From positions 51,274,001-51,338,000 of the forward strand of contig OZ024748.1 in NCBI GenBank assembly GCA_964016885.1: a stretch of 64,000 bases of DNA. The letters are read 5' to 3'. Positions 14,388-31,285 of this stretch are shown piece after piece; the first letter of the stretch is position 1; the number at the start of each line of letters is the position of its first letter. The notes under the pieces were generated by a model. It had not been told where the DNA came from. It saw only the letters and a program-made list of their open reading frames with translations, and searched no databases. The position numbers were made by a program, and so were the translations under genes. This stretch comes from Eledone cirrhosa (taxonomy: Eukaryota).

Positions 14388-14831
14388 GTATATATATATA
14401 TGTATATATAAATATGTGTATGTGTGTATATATATATATATATATAGTATCAGCTATATTATATATTTGGTAGTCGTTTTTATCTACTTTATTCATGGAT
14501 TTCTCTTTCATTTTACTTATATATCCTTTCTTCTTTTTGTTTGCTTTTAATCTTGTTATATTTTGTCATTTTCCAATGTCAATTCCCCCATATATCTAAA
14601 AACGGAAAATGTTATATTTATCATTATTATCATTATTACTATTATTATTATCAACAATAATGATGATGATGATGATGGTAATATTAATAATGATAATAAT
14701 AATAATAATGATATTGACAAAGTACATTACATATTACAAGGATCAAAGAGATTTATAAGAAATTTTAGTTTCCTGAAAAATTACATTCAGGCTTGGTTTA
14801 GGAATATTATCAAAGCTTATATATATATATT

Positions 14832-14881
<50 letters not shown>

Positions 14882-15274
14882 AACAACAAAAAAATAAACA
14901 AGATATATAAATCAAAATCTTTCAGAGTTAATTCATATCCAACATGAAAATTGGTTGGACGAAAAAAGTTGAATAAATTATTAAAAGCATGAAAAAAAAA
15001 AATAACAATTATTATTATTATTTTTGTTGTATATTTCTTTTTTACAAAGTAGATGTCAGGATTTTTTCAATTTTTTTCTACATAATTCTTTTTTATTTTA
15101 AATTAAAACTATACAAACCACCACTGGGGCAGGAGAAAGGGTTATTACCTAAAGATTTGTGTGTGTGTGTGTGGGGGGGGGGGGGGTTAATGCTCTTTTT
15201 TTGTTTTGTTTTTTCTTATTCTAAAGAGACTCAGCATTGCCAAATAAGTTGATGTCTCATATTGATTTGCCACT

Positions 15275-16812
15275 ATGTCATTCACCTTCTTCATATCAAC
15301 ACCATTGTGTGGAGGGGAGAGGATATAGCTAAATCATTCACCTTCCTCATATCAACACCATTGTGAGGAGGGGTGGGGATATAGCTAAATCATTCACCTT
15401 CCTCATATCAACACCATTGCGAGGAGGGCTGGGGATATAGCTAAATCATTCACCTTCCTCATATCAACACCAGTGTGAGGAGGGGTGGGGATATAGCTAA
15501 ATCATTCAACACCATTGTGAGGAGGGGAGGAGATATAGCTAAACCATTCAACACCATTGTGAGGAGGGGAGGAGATATAGCTAAACCATTCACCTTCCTC
15601 ATATCAACACCATTGTGGAGGGGTGGGGATATAGCTAAATCACACAACACCATTGTGAGGAGGGGTGGAGATATAGCTAAACCATACAACACCATTGTGA
15701 GGAGGGCTGGGGGATATAGCTAAACCATACAACACCATTGTGAGGAGGGCTGGGGGATATAGCTAAACCATACAACACCATTGTGAGGAGGGCTGGGGGA
15801 TATAGCTAAACCATACAACACCATTGTGAGGAGGGCTGGGGGGATATAGCTAAACCATACAACACCATTGTGAGGAGGGCTGGGGAAATAGCTAAACCAT
15901 ACAACACCATTGTGAGGAGGGCTGGGGGATATAGCTAAACCATACAACACCATTGTGAGGAGGGCTGGGGGGGATATAGCTAAACCATACAACACCATTG
16001 TGAGGAGGGCTGGGGGATATAGCTAAATCATACAACACCATTGTGAGGAGGGGTGGAGATATAGCTAAACCATACAACACCATTGTGAGGAGGGCTGGGG
16101 GATATAGCTAAACCATACAACACCATTGTGAGGAGGGGTGGAGATATAGCTAAACCATACAACACCATTGTGAGGAGGGCTGGGGTATATAGCTAAACCA
16201 TACAACACCATTGTGAGGAGGGCTGGGGAAATAGCTAAACCATACAACACTATTGTGAGGAGGGCTGGGGATATAGCTAAACCATACAACACCATTGTGG
16301 GGCGGGTATATAAGCTAAACCATTCAACACCATTGTGGGGCGGGTATATAAGCTAAACCATTCAACACCTTTGTGAGGAAGGGGACGTAGTTAAAACATT
16401 CACCTTCCTCATATCAACACCATTGTAAGGAGGGGTGGGTATATAGCTAAACCATTCTCCTTCCTCATATCACCATTGTATGGAGAGGTGGGGATATAGC
16501 TAAACCATTCAACACCATTGTATGGAGGGGTGGGCATATAGCTAAACCATTCAACGCCATTGTGAGGAGGGTATATAGCTAAACCATTCACCTTCCTTTT
16601 CAATACCATTGCGAGAAGAGGAGAGGATATAGCTAAACCATTCTACACCATTGTATGGAGGGGTGGGCATATAGCTAAACCATTCAACGCCATTGTGAGG
16701 AGGGTATATAGCTAAACCATTCACCTTCCTTATCAATACCATTGCGAGAAGGGGAGAGGATATAGCTAAACCATTCTACACCATTGTGGGGAGGGGATAT
16801 ATCAACACCATT
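15275..16812. repeat. Minisatellite, ~41-43 bp unit AACACCATTGTGAGGAGGGCTGGGGGATATAGCTAAACCATAC with ~55-bp variants
   Basis: Roughly 30+ contiguous head-to-tail units with no unique spacers; edge units carry an extra TCACCTTCCTCATATC. Confidence 0.95.
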
Positions 16813-16937
16813 GTCAAAAGTGGGAGTGATGTAGCCAACCAAACACTTCCATTCAGAAATGTTTTGTTTGTAAGAAATCTGCCACCTGAAGAATACATGT
16901 ATGTACATGATAGATGAATACCTTCCACATTACCTGT

Positions 16938-18010
16938 GTAGTGGTGGAGGTGGTGGTGGCAGTGTTAGTGTTGGTGATAGGTGGTTTATCGTGGTGGTGG
17001 TGGTGGTGGTGGTGGTGGTGGCAGTGTTGGTGTTGGTGATAGGTGGTTTATGGTGGTGGTGGTGGTGGTGGTGGTGAGGATTGTGGTGATAGTGATTTGT
17101 GGTAATAGTGATGGTGTTGGTAATGAGTTGTGGTAATAGTGGTGGTGGTGACGGTGAGTTGTGGTAATAGTGGTGGTGGTGGTGCTGATTTGTGGTAATA
17201 GTGGTGGTGGTGGTGGTGGTGATTTGTGGTAATAGTGGTGGTAATTTGTGGTAATAGTGGTGGTGGTGGTGGTGGTGATTTGTGGTAATAGTTGTGGTGG
17301 TGACGGTGAGTTGTGGTAATGGTGGTGGTGGTGAGTTGTGGTAATGGTGGTGGTGGTGGTGACGGTGAGTTGTGGTAATAGTGGTGGTGGTGATGGTGAG
17401 TTGTGGTAATGGTGGTGGTGGTGACGGGGATTTGTGGTAATAGTGGTGGTGGTGATGGTGAGTTGTGGTAATAGTGGTGGTGGTGGTGGTGATTTGTGGT
17501 AATAGTTGTGGTGGTGACGGTGAGTTGTGGTAATAGTGGTGGTGGTGAGTTGTGGTAATGGTGGTGGTGGTGGTGACGGTGAGTTGTGGTAATAGTGGTG
17601 GTGGTGATGGTGAGTTGTGGTAATGGTGGTGGTGGTGACAGTGATTTGTGGTAATAGTGGTGGTGGTGATGGTGAGTTGTGGTAATAGTTGTGGTGGTGA
17701 CGGTGATTTGTGGTAATAGTGGTGGTGGTGATGGTGAGTTGTGGTAATAGTTGTGGTGGTGACGGTGATTTGTGGTAATAGTGGTGGTGGTGATGGTGAG
17801 TTGTGGTAATAGTGGTGATGGTGGTGGTGATTTGTGGTAATAGTGGTGATGGTGACGGTGAGTTGTGGTAATAGTGGTGGTGGTGACGGTGATTTGTGGT
17901 AATAGTGGTGGTGGTGATGGTGAGTTGTGGTAATAGTGGTGGTGGTGGTGATTTGTGGTAATAGTGGGGGTGGTGGTGGTGATTTGTGGTAATAGTGGTG
18001 GTGGTATGGG
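16938..18010. repeat. GGT-based minisatellite (~27-30 bp, ttgtggtaatagtggtggtggtgatggtgag)
   Basis: Visible tandem units. Confidence 0.9.
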
Positions 18011-18491
18011 TGATGGTTGTGGTTTGAGGTGTAAGTTATTGTGGTGGTATTTATGATGGTAGGGGTGTTGTTCCTGCGACGATGATGGAAGTGTTGGTGG
18101 TGGTGGTGTTCTTGTGATGATATGGTAGTGTTGTCATTGGTGGTGTTATGATACTAACGGTGATTGTAGTTGGGGTTCTGGTATAATGATAGTATGGTAG
18201 ATGACAATATTTAGCCCCAGATCAGCCTTCATTCAGTAGCTCTATAATCAAAGCCATTTGAACCATGACAATCCAATCTATTTGTTTATTCAAATATAGT
18301 ACAGATCTAGGACTACATTAGAGAGTGTGCCCTTCCATTTTAAGATGGTAAGGTGCAATTTAGGTAGATTGAGTGAGGCTCAATCATCTGACTGTCAAGC
18401 CTCAAAGGGTGACTTCATCTTTAACCCCATGCAAACATGGAAAATAGATACTATACGATGATGATAATGATAATGATGAAAATCTAAAAAT

Positions 18492-18707
18492 TGAACCCTT
18501 TAATATTTACATTACTCTATATATACTATTGTATTTACATGGTAAAGGCTTTATCTCACATAATATCGAATCTTTGAGATTTTGATATTATTTATTTTGA
18601 GAACAATACGTTAACATCAGAATGAGTGACTAGTTATGGCCATTTTGAACACAAAGAGGTGAGAGATTTCTGGCTGGTTATGGCCGGTTTAAATACTAAA
18701 GAGTTAT
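18492..18707. mobile_element. piggyBac-like MITE, degenerate
   Basis: Same family as 54903-55256. Confidence 0.65.
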
Positions 18708-19511
18708 GTTGAAAATTAAAAATCAGAGATTAGACATTAAATTAAAAAATGAAAATAATAAAAAAAATTAAGTGTGGTACACAGTCATTACCATCTCCAG
18801 ACTTGTAGCTAAACTGAAAACACAGTAATGCAAGGTAAAGAAAGATCTGTTAAATTGTTCAGTACAGGTAACTAATTCCAGTGGTGCCTTTAGATGGTTG
18901 CTTGGCTTGCTAGTAATATCAGCTAAGTTTCCTCCCAAATTACGAACCATACTGTTTTAAGATGGAAGGAACTTTGTCAATAATGTATAATTAAATACAT
19001 CTGGTGAAGTTATGTTTGTACTGCTTTTGATCATAGGTCTGCTTGATCAGAGGAGATTTTGAGAGTACAACAACAACAACAAGAATATAAATAAATACAA
19101 ATGGAGACCCAATTTCCAGGTTCAATGTGTTACCAACAAAGATCAAGGTCAACACAATTGGTGATTTGTTTTGGTTACATTATTAACCCTCTTGTTACAA
19201 TATTTCGAATGAAGTCCACTAGCAATGATTTGTAAATAATTTTGAATATAATCATGAATTTGAAGGGATTTAGAAATATGAATATCTTTGTCATTATTAA
19301 GCTGGTGTTTGAAGAAAAACTTTTCAAAGATTCTTACATAAGATTATGATGGAAGGTGTTCAGATAAACATTTAGAAATAAACAGCTTTATATCACAGAA
19401 TCTAAGGCTAGGTTTGAGCAGTTTCATATCAAAAGGGTTATCATGAGGACTTATCACAAGATATTAATATGCAATCTTTTGAGATATTGTCCAGTACATT
19501 ATATATATATA

Positions 19512-19598
19512 TAGTAATAATAATAAATTTGAAGACTAAAATCCAAAGAGGGCTCGATAAGGATAAATATATATCAAATATATAAGAACCGTAGAGCA

Positions 19599-19605
<7 letters not shown>
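19512..19605 (-). mobile_element. Penelope-like pLTR tail fragment (family of 33164-33400)
   Basis: gaagactaaaatccaaagagggctcgataagga...gaaccgtagagcaa is near-identical to 39231-39320 and the reverse complement of 33300-33395; flanked by (TA)n. Confidence 0.6.
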
Positions 19606-19638
<33 letters not shown>

Positions 19639-19649
19639 TGTATATATAT

Positions 19650-19745
19650 ACAAGTTTATCCCGGGTTCAATACAAAGCAGAGTATACATATTTAATATAG
19701 AAAAAGCTTCTACAGGACTAGAACTGTTTCATTCATCATCAAATA
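19650..19745 (-). mobile_element. Penelope-like pLTR fragment with 3' half of hammerhead (family of 49580-49765)
   Basis: Minus strand reads tgaaacagttctagtcctgtagaagc, as in the 49705-49751 hammerhead. Confidence 0.6.
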
Positions 19746-19819
19746 TTCGTGACCCCAACGGCTTAACTAGATCCGAACTCTTGAGTAATGGTGTAACTAG
19801 TTTTTACTGCCTCCATTCT

Positions 19820-19853
<34 letters not shown>

Positions 19854-19877
19854 CACATATATATATATATATATATC

Positions 19878-21706
19878 GGGTTTGTGTCAGGTAAAAGTAC
19901 CACAGACGCTCTTTTCATTGTACAACAACTACAAGAGATGTACCTAGCTAAAAGTAAACCCTTATACTTAGCTTTTGTTGACTTGGAGAAAGCCTTTGAC
20001 AGAGTACCCTGCTCCATTATCTGGGGGGCGCTTAGAAAACTAGGGGTTGATGAATGGCTTGTGAGAGCTATACAAGCCATGTATAAAGAAACAGTCAGCA
20101 AGGTTAGAATTAACAACGAATATAGTGAAGAGTTTAGCGTAAAAGTTGGTGTTCATCAGGCCCTGTTCTTAGCCCCCTACTTTTTATTATTGCCCTTCAG
20201 GCTATAACAGAGGAGTTCAAGACTGGCTGCCCATGGGAACTCCTATATGCAGATGATCTAACGCTCATAGCTGAATCAATGGCTGAACTAGAGAAGAAAT
20301 TCCAAACATGGAAGCATGGCTTAGAATCAAAAGGCCTTAAAGTTAACTTGTCTAAGACTAAAGTTCTAGTTTGTAGGAAGGAAAATAGGGCACCGGTCCC
20401 ATCTGGGAAATGGCCATGCTCAGTGTGTAGGAAAGGAGTAGGCAGAAACTCCATTTTATGTCCCAAATGCAAAGTATGGTTGCATAAAAGATGTAGTGGG
20501 ATCACAGGTAAGCTAACTAAGAATATAGATTTTATATGTGGCCGGTGCTCTGGTGCAATAAGTAGCAGCAAGTACCCACAGAATACTAGCACATTCCATT
20601 GCACAGATGGTACTATAGAAATAGTGGACACCTTCCGTTCCCTGGGTGACAAAATCAGCAGTGGGGGAGGGTTCTCTGAAAGTACAGTAGCTAGAGTCAG
20701 AACGGGATGGAAAAAGTTCAGAGAGCTTATACCACTATTGGCCGCTAAAGGGTTATCTCTAAAAATGAAAGGCAGGCTGTATGATGCCTGCATACGAACA
20801 GCAATGTTACATGGCAGTGAGACCTGGGCATTGTGTGCAGAGGATATATGCAGACTGGAGAGAAACGAAGCTTGCATGCTCCGCTGGATGTGTAATAGTA
20901 ATATATGTGAACAGCAAAGCATAAACGAACTAAGGGAGAAATTAGGAATAAGAGGGATCAGATGTTGTTTACTCGAGAGAAGACTACGTTGGTATGGTCA
21001 CGTGATGCGCATGAAAGACGACAGCTGTATAAAAAAAGTGCAGGGCGATAAAAATAGACGGTAGCCACGGAGTAGGCAGACCCAGGAAAACCTGGGACGA
21101 CTTGATAAATTCCGACCTCACACACTTACACTTCTCCAAGACAATGTCACTGGACCGAGATCTTTGACGCTACACAGTCATACAGAAGACCCACCTTGCC
21201 TAAGTACAAAGTGAAACCCACAGTCAGTTGGCACCTCTAACAAAATACCCCCCCCCCCTTCCAATACCCCCCCCCCCCCCCTGCTCCCCCCCCTTAAATG
21301 TGAAGTCATGTTGGTGTCACAACATCCAGTCCGAAACAAATGAGGTCATGTAGGTGTCACGACAAAAAAAAAAAGACACAATCCACGCTGTAATGTGGCC
21401 GTGTAGGTAACACGGTAAAAACCTCCCAGTCCACACTGTAAACGTGGTTGGTGTTAGGAAGGGCATTCAGCCGTAGAAAACCCGCCAGACAGTCCACGCT
21501 GTAATGTGGCCGTGTAGGCAACACGGTAAAAACCTCCCAGTCCACACTGTAAACGTGGTTGGTGTTAGGAAGGGCATTCAGCCGTAGAAAACCTGCCAGA
21601 CAGTCCTATACGAGCAGGACAACAAATCTTGCCTCAAGTGGGAAACCTCCCGTCCAAACCCATGCAAGCGTGGAAGATGGACGTTAAACGATGATGATGA
21701 TGATGA
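19878..21706 (+). mobile_element. RTE-clade LINE, 5'-truncated, frameshifted ORF2 plus 3' UTR and (GAT)n tail
   Basis: RT motifs STTDALF, FVDLEKAFDRVP, VGVHQ, LLYADDL; C4HC3 PHD finger; RRLRWYGHVMR; ~114-bp duplication in the 3' UTR; ends ggacgttaaacgatgatgatg. Confidence 0.95.
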
Positions 21707-21804
21707 TATATACCCTTGCGAGGGAAAAGCGGATGTATGATGATGATGATGATGATATACACTCACACAATGATGTACAACAATATGACCCTCCTCAAGT
21801 ACAA

Positions 21805-21870
21805 CAATATATATATATGTTTATATATATATATATATATATGTTTATATATATATATATATATATATAT

Positions 21871-21929
<59 letters not shown>

Positions 21930-21949
21930 TATATATATATATATATATA

Positions 21950-22021
<72 letters not shown>

Positions 22022-22150
22022 TATACATATATATATTTTTATATATATGTGTATATATATATATATAAATATATATATATACATACACACAAAGATGCAT
22101 ACATGCATATATTTACACACACAGATATACACACACACACACATATATGT
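21805..22150. repeat. (TA)n microsatellite
   Basis: Visible. Confidence 0.95.
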
Positions 22151-23039
22151 CTTTACACACACAACTTACTAACTAACACATATGTGTGTGTTGCATGTGC
22201 ATCTAATGTTACAACACTTGATGTAGTTCTATGAAGTTAACATAAATCAGAAGATTAATTTCTACCCCTACCCAGCTTCATTCCCCCCTCACACTCCCAC
22301 ATTTCCCCCTTCGCACTCCCATCTTTCCCCCTTCCTACCCCCACCATACACCTCACATATTCTACTTCACTCCCTGCACACTTAACACTCTTAACAGTAA
22401 GCCTTTATTATTTATGTGAGATTTAATTTCTTTTTATAGATCTTCAGGGGTAACGGAATTTGTTTCTTATATGTAGATATAAATATGTATTTTTGGATAT
22501 CACACATACACACATATATGTGTGTATGTGTGTGATTATTAATGTAATATATATTCCATATCCATTATATACATACACGCATATATTACTAATATAATTT
22601 ATAATTGCAAAATATCATCATCATCATCATTTTACGTCCGCTTTTCCCTGCTTGCAATATCATATATATATATATATATAGCTATATATATTTTTACATA
22701 TATACATATAAATATATATATATATGTACTTATATACAAACATATACATACATATATGTATATACATACAAACATATATATATATATTCGTGCAATACAT
22801 ATACATAAATGTAAATATATATATACCTATACATACATATATATAAACCTATACATTCATTCATATATATATACATACACACACATATATATATATGTAT
22901 ATACACATACACACAAATATGCATGTGTATGTGCACCTGTGTGTAAGAAAATGTATAGCCATACACCACATGGTCCAGAAATTGAACTCACAATCTCATC
23001 ATTATGAATCTGACACTCTAACAAATAAGCCACGTATAC

Positions 23040-23410
23040 CATCATCATCATCATCATTTTACGTCCGCTTTTCCCTGCTTGCAAGTGTGGGATGGGAGCT
23101 GATTCTGGCTTGATTTCTACAGCTGAATGCCCTTCCTAACACAAACCTCATTTACAGTGAGTGCTGGGTACTTTTTTTTTTCGTGGCGCCTACATGTCTA
23201 CTTTACAGTGTGGGTTGGGTGCTTCTTTTCTGTGGCACCGCCACGACTACTTTACAGTGGAATGATAGGGACCCCAGTCCCTATCATCTCATTTCTACAG
23301 CTGAGTAAACTGGAGCAATGTGAAATGAAGTGTCTTGTTCAAGGAAACAACACATCACCCGGTCTGAGAATTGAACTTACAAACTTTTGATTGCAAGGCC
23401 TATGCTCTAA
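23040..23410 (-). mobile_element. CORE-type tRNA SINE with RTE tail
   Basis: Reverse complement of the 49822-50166 family. Confidence 0.85.
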
Positions 23411-23957
23411 TATACATATATCAATATACATATTATCATCATCATCAATATCATCGTTCAACGTCCATCTTCCACGCTAGCATGGTTTAGACGATTATGT
23501 TCCATTAGATGCGGAGAATGGTCGGGAGACTGTGTACATGAAAAAAAATTGATTTTTCTGCCTTACAAAGGGGAACCTGTCTCTATAATTGGGAAACTGC
23601 AGCCCCTGTCACTATTAGATATTGAAAGTCAAAAATGAGAGACATCAAAATACACTAGGGTTCTTTGGCCTGTGTAGATACTGACTAAGATGAACAATAT
23701 ATATATTGGGGTGGGTTCCCAATGGGTATTGGGAAGTGACCACAGTTAAAGAAGGTAGTTAATGATTTTGTAGATTATAAGAAGCAGGAGTAGACTTGTT
23801 TCATTCATTGGAAATCATTATGATTTCATATGAATGAAACAGATTTAATTCGGTGGAAGTCATTTTCCTATAAAATAAATAAATAAATATATATATATGT
23901 ATACATATATATATACATATATATATATATACACATATATATATATATGTATATATA

Positions 23958-24303
23958 GGCACATGGCATAGTGGTTAGAGCATTGGCCTTGCAATCGAAA
24001 GGTTATGAGTTCAATTCTCAGACCGGGTGATGTGTTGTTTCCTTGAGCGAGACACTTTATTTCACATTGCTCCAGTTTACTCAGCTGTAGAAATGAGATG
24101 ATAGGGACTGGGGTCCCTATCATTCCACTGCAAAGTGGTCGTGGAGGTGCCACGGTAAAAAAGCACCCAGCACTCACTGTAAATGAGGTTGGTGTTAGGA
24201 AGGGCATCCAGCTGTAGAAATCAAGCCAGATTCAGTTTCCGTCCCACCCTTGCAAGCAGGGAAAAAGCAGACGTAAAATGAAATGATGATGAATGATGAT
24301 GAT
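23958..24303 (+). mobile_element. CORE-type tRNA SINE with RTE tail, full length
   Basis: A-box tggcatagtgg, B-box gagttcaattc, CORE-like ttccttgagcgagacactt, palindrome atgatagggac-tggg-gtccctatcat, RTE tail, (GAT)n. Confidence 0.9.
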
Positions 24304-24309
24304 ATATAC

Positions 24310-24343
<34 letters not shown>

Positions 24344-24499
24344 ATATATATATTATCTATTTATTTATTGATTTATTTATGTGTGTTGTATTGAAGTGAA
24401 TAACTATGTGTATACTCTGGGAATGTATCCTACATTGCCTATTGAGTACACTGAGATACAACCGGTACTGGCATTGATAAATTGCTGGGTCCGTCAACT

Positions 24500-24558
<59 letters not shown>

Positions 24559-24612
24559 TATATGTATGTACACATACATATATGTACCTATATATACATA
24601 CATACTTATATA

Positions 24613-24652
<40 letters not shown>

Positions 24653-24744
24653 TAAATCATGTAACTTAAAACAGATAATAGATTTTCAGTAATTTTTGTT
24701 TATTTATATATAATGTACATACCAATCTATCTACCTATGTATCT

Positions 24745-24812
24745 ATCTCTCCATACACACACACATACATACACACACACACACACATATATATATTTAT
24801 GTTAAATAAATG

Positions 24813-24857
<45 letters not shown>

Positions 24858-24948
24858 TATGTATGTTTAAGTGGATATGTTTGTATGTATATTTACCTAT
24901 TCTGGGACACACACACACACACATATATATATTTATGTTAAATAAATG

Positions 24949-24987
<39 letters not shown>

Positions 24988-25045
24988 TATGTATGTTTAA
25001 GTGGATATGTTTGTATGTATATTTACCTATTCTGGGACACACATG
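24745..25045. repeat. ~135-bp tandem duplication containing (TA)n
   Basis: atttatgttaaataaatgaaaa(TA)n catatgtatgtttaagtggatatg...tctgggacacac occurs twice. Confidence 0.85.
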
Positions 25046-25118
25046 TGTGTAAGGATCTTATATAATATAAATATTTTCCCATATTAAATTCTTTGTTTAT
25101 CATCATCATCATCCCAGC

Positions 25119-25170
<52 letters not shown>

Positions 25171-25479
25171 TATATTGTGATCATCATCATCATCATCATC
25201 ATCATAAATGTTTTAAATCTCTCCCATCCAAAATCTCAAAACAACAGAAATAACACACAACTGTTGTACGTATGTATGTATATGCATTTGTAATGTAGTT
25301 TGTATGCGGGTGATAGAGGTGGAGTGTATGGGTGTATGTGTATGGTGTGCATGCGTATGTCTGTGTGTATGTGTGTATATGTATCTGAGTGTTTGTGTTT
25401 TATTTTGAAGGGGACGTGGGTGGAGTGTCAGTGTGTGCATAGCTGTATGTGTATAGGGGTAGGTCTGTGTTTGTGTTGC

Positions 25480-25519
<40 letters not shown>

Positions 25520-25819
25520 TGTGTGTGTATGTGTGTGTGTATGCGTGTTTATGTGTGGCTGCATGCATGGCTGAGCATGTGTGGGTATGAGGGCCCACAT
25601 GTGCCAGTGTGAGGATGGGTGTACGCCTGCTTCTGTTGCAATAATTCAGTCAAATGAATGAAATTTAGTTAGTTTTGTTGTTTGTGAGTTTGCTGGTGAT
25701 GTGTGAAAAAGAAAAAAAGAAGATGGACCAAAAAAAAAAGAGTTTTATAGTTATTTGTGGGGTAAATGTGGCTGTTTTGTCTTACTTTTTCATATACTTG
25801 TGTGTGTTTGTGTGAATAA

Positions 25820-26840
<1,021 letters not shown>

Positions 26841-27117
26841 ACATGTTTCTGTTATTCCCACTCTCCACTAACACCAAAGTGTATAGAATGCATTGATTGC
26901 GAAATACTTTGCAATACACAAGTTTGTTTGATTTTTGTTTCTATCGTATTGTCGATGACGTATATATATTTTTCTCATTTCAGATGGTAGGGTGTGTGTG
27001 TTTGTTGTTGGTGGGGTTGGTTTCATCTTTTATATGTTTTTTCTTGTCCACTTTTCTTTTTTGAATGCTTTTTCATATATTTTCTTTTCCATGCCCATTT
27101 TCGATTTTTTCATATCA

Positions 27118-27153
<36 letters not shown>

Positions 27154-27314
27154 TATAATGTGTGAGTGTATAAATATTATCATATACATGTGTATATAAA
27201 TATATGTATATGCATTTGTGCGTGTGCGCATATATATATTTATCATTAAAAAATCTTAACTGTTATATTATATATATATATATGTGTGGGACTCTCTTTC
27301 TCTCTCTCTCTCTT

Positions 27315-27346
<32 letters not shown>

Positions 27347-27649
27347 CATATATATATATATATATACACATTCTACCCCACACTCACAGAAAACTTTCAT
27401 GTGTATTGCAATTTTTTTCTCTATTCGTCTCTTTTCTACCCTACAATAATGTGGGCTTTTTTTTACTGGTTTTCTAAAAAAATGTTTTTGGTATTTGATT
27501 TATTCATTTATTTGTATATTTATTTATTTTCTCTGATTTTTGAATTTTTTTCTCCTAGTAATATTTATTACTGTTATATATTTATCATTGTGTTGTTGTT
27601 GTCTTAATTTTGCTTTCTATGAATACATCCCCCCCCCCCACACTCACAC

Positions 27650-29750
<2,101 letters not shown>

Positions 29751-30230
29751 AATTATGCAGATGAAGGAGATGATCTGTAGATGCACATGTCATATGCATC
29801 TGTATATATATATGCTATATAAGTATGTATGCATGCTATACATGTATGTATGCATCTGAATTAGACTGAAAACAATGCAGCAAACATACCATAGACCCTT
29901 CATGTGTGTCCATGCATATTTACATATATAAATATATTTTCTTCCTAAGATAAAGAACAAGAAAGAGAAAGACTAAGAGAAAGAAAGAGGGAGGGAGTGA
30001 GAGTGAAGCGTGAGAGAAAGAGAGGTGTCGGTGATACTAAAGTGTATATGCATGTAGGTGTATGTATATGTATATTTATGTCATTTATGTGTTTGTATTT
30101 GTGGGTCTATGTATGTATATGTATGACTTTAGAGATCATTCGCACATATATTATGTTGTATCTTTCCAATGTGAGCCTAAGTGTATGAATGTGTGTACTA
30201 CATTCACACCTACATATATGTGTGTGTTTT

Positions 30231-30270
<40 letters not shown>

Positions 30271-30451
30271 AACGCACACAAAGGGGAAAAAAACGTAGAA
30301 ATATAACTATATAAACACATACATGCATAACCTCATACACAGATTTACACAGAAATAGATGCCCAAAATGTCTAAAATTGCAAACAAACAAAACGCACAC
30401 AAAAAAAAAATGTGGTACACACAGACATACATATATACTAACACACAGATG

Positions 30452-30526
<75 letters not shown>

Positions 30527-31082
30527 GTCATTCCCTCCCTCTCATGTCTTTTTTTAATATCTTATTTTCTTTTTTTTTTCTTTCCTTTTATTTTGTCATT
30601 TTTTGTCTATTTTTTTTTTCATGTGAATATAAAGGTTTCCCTTGTGATGTCTGCGTGTTCAAATATACACGCCATCAAGATTTATAGAACTGATGGTGGC
30701 AGGAATTGTTTAGAAGAATCGATAGATAGCAGAAAGTATACCTCTAAGATTTTTGATATTTTGGCTTCAAATTCCTTTGATTCATTTCAAATGCATTCCT
30801 GCCAGAGAAATTGTGCATGAATGTACCCAGCTCGAATTTTTATTTGGTTTTGTTAATGTGTATGTGTATGACAATGTATGTATATGTGTGCGTGTGTGAA
30901 GAGAATGAGGAGGTCTATTTGTGGGATATGAACACAATTCATCTGATGTGATTTTCAGGGACTTTAGAGAATTGGGATGAAGACAACAGTAGCAACAATA
31001 AGTGTCATATATATATATATATATATATACACTGACATGTGCATGCACATACATATGTATGCATATATATATATATATATAT

Positions 31083-31122
<40 letters not shown>

Positions 31123-31136
31123 CCACACGCACACAC

Positions 31137-31167
<31 letters not shown>

Positions 31168-31209
31168 TATATATATATATATATGTATCCCTCCACACGC
31201 ACACATATG

Positions 31210-31246
<37 letters not shown>

Positions 31247-31248
31247 AG

Positions 31249-31285
<37 letters not shown>

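Noticed and set aside
15275-16812. CRISPR-like array
   Set aside because: Units are contiguous with no unique spacers, the context is eukaryotic, and there are no cas genes
20197-20922. 241-aa minus-strand ORF
   Set aside because: Antisense shadow of RTE ORF2
22405-22475. Minus-strand CTGAAGA...GAAA
   Set aside because: No stem I complementarity; likely chance in AT-rich sequence
23860-24207. Recurrent ORF MPFLTPTSFTVSAG... as a gene family
   Set aside because: Antisense translation of the CORE/RTE-tail SINE
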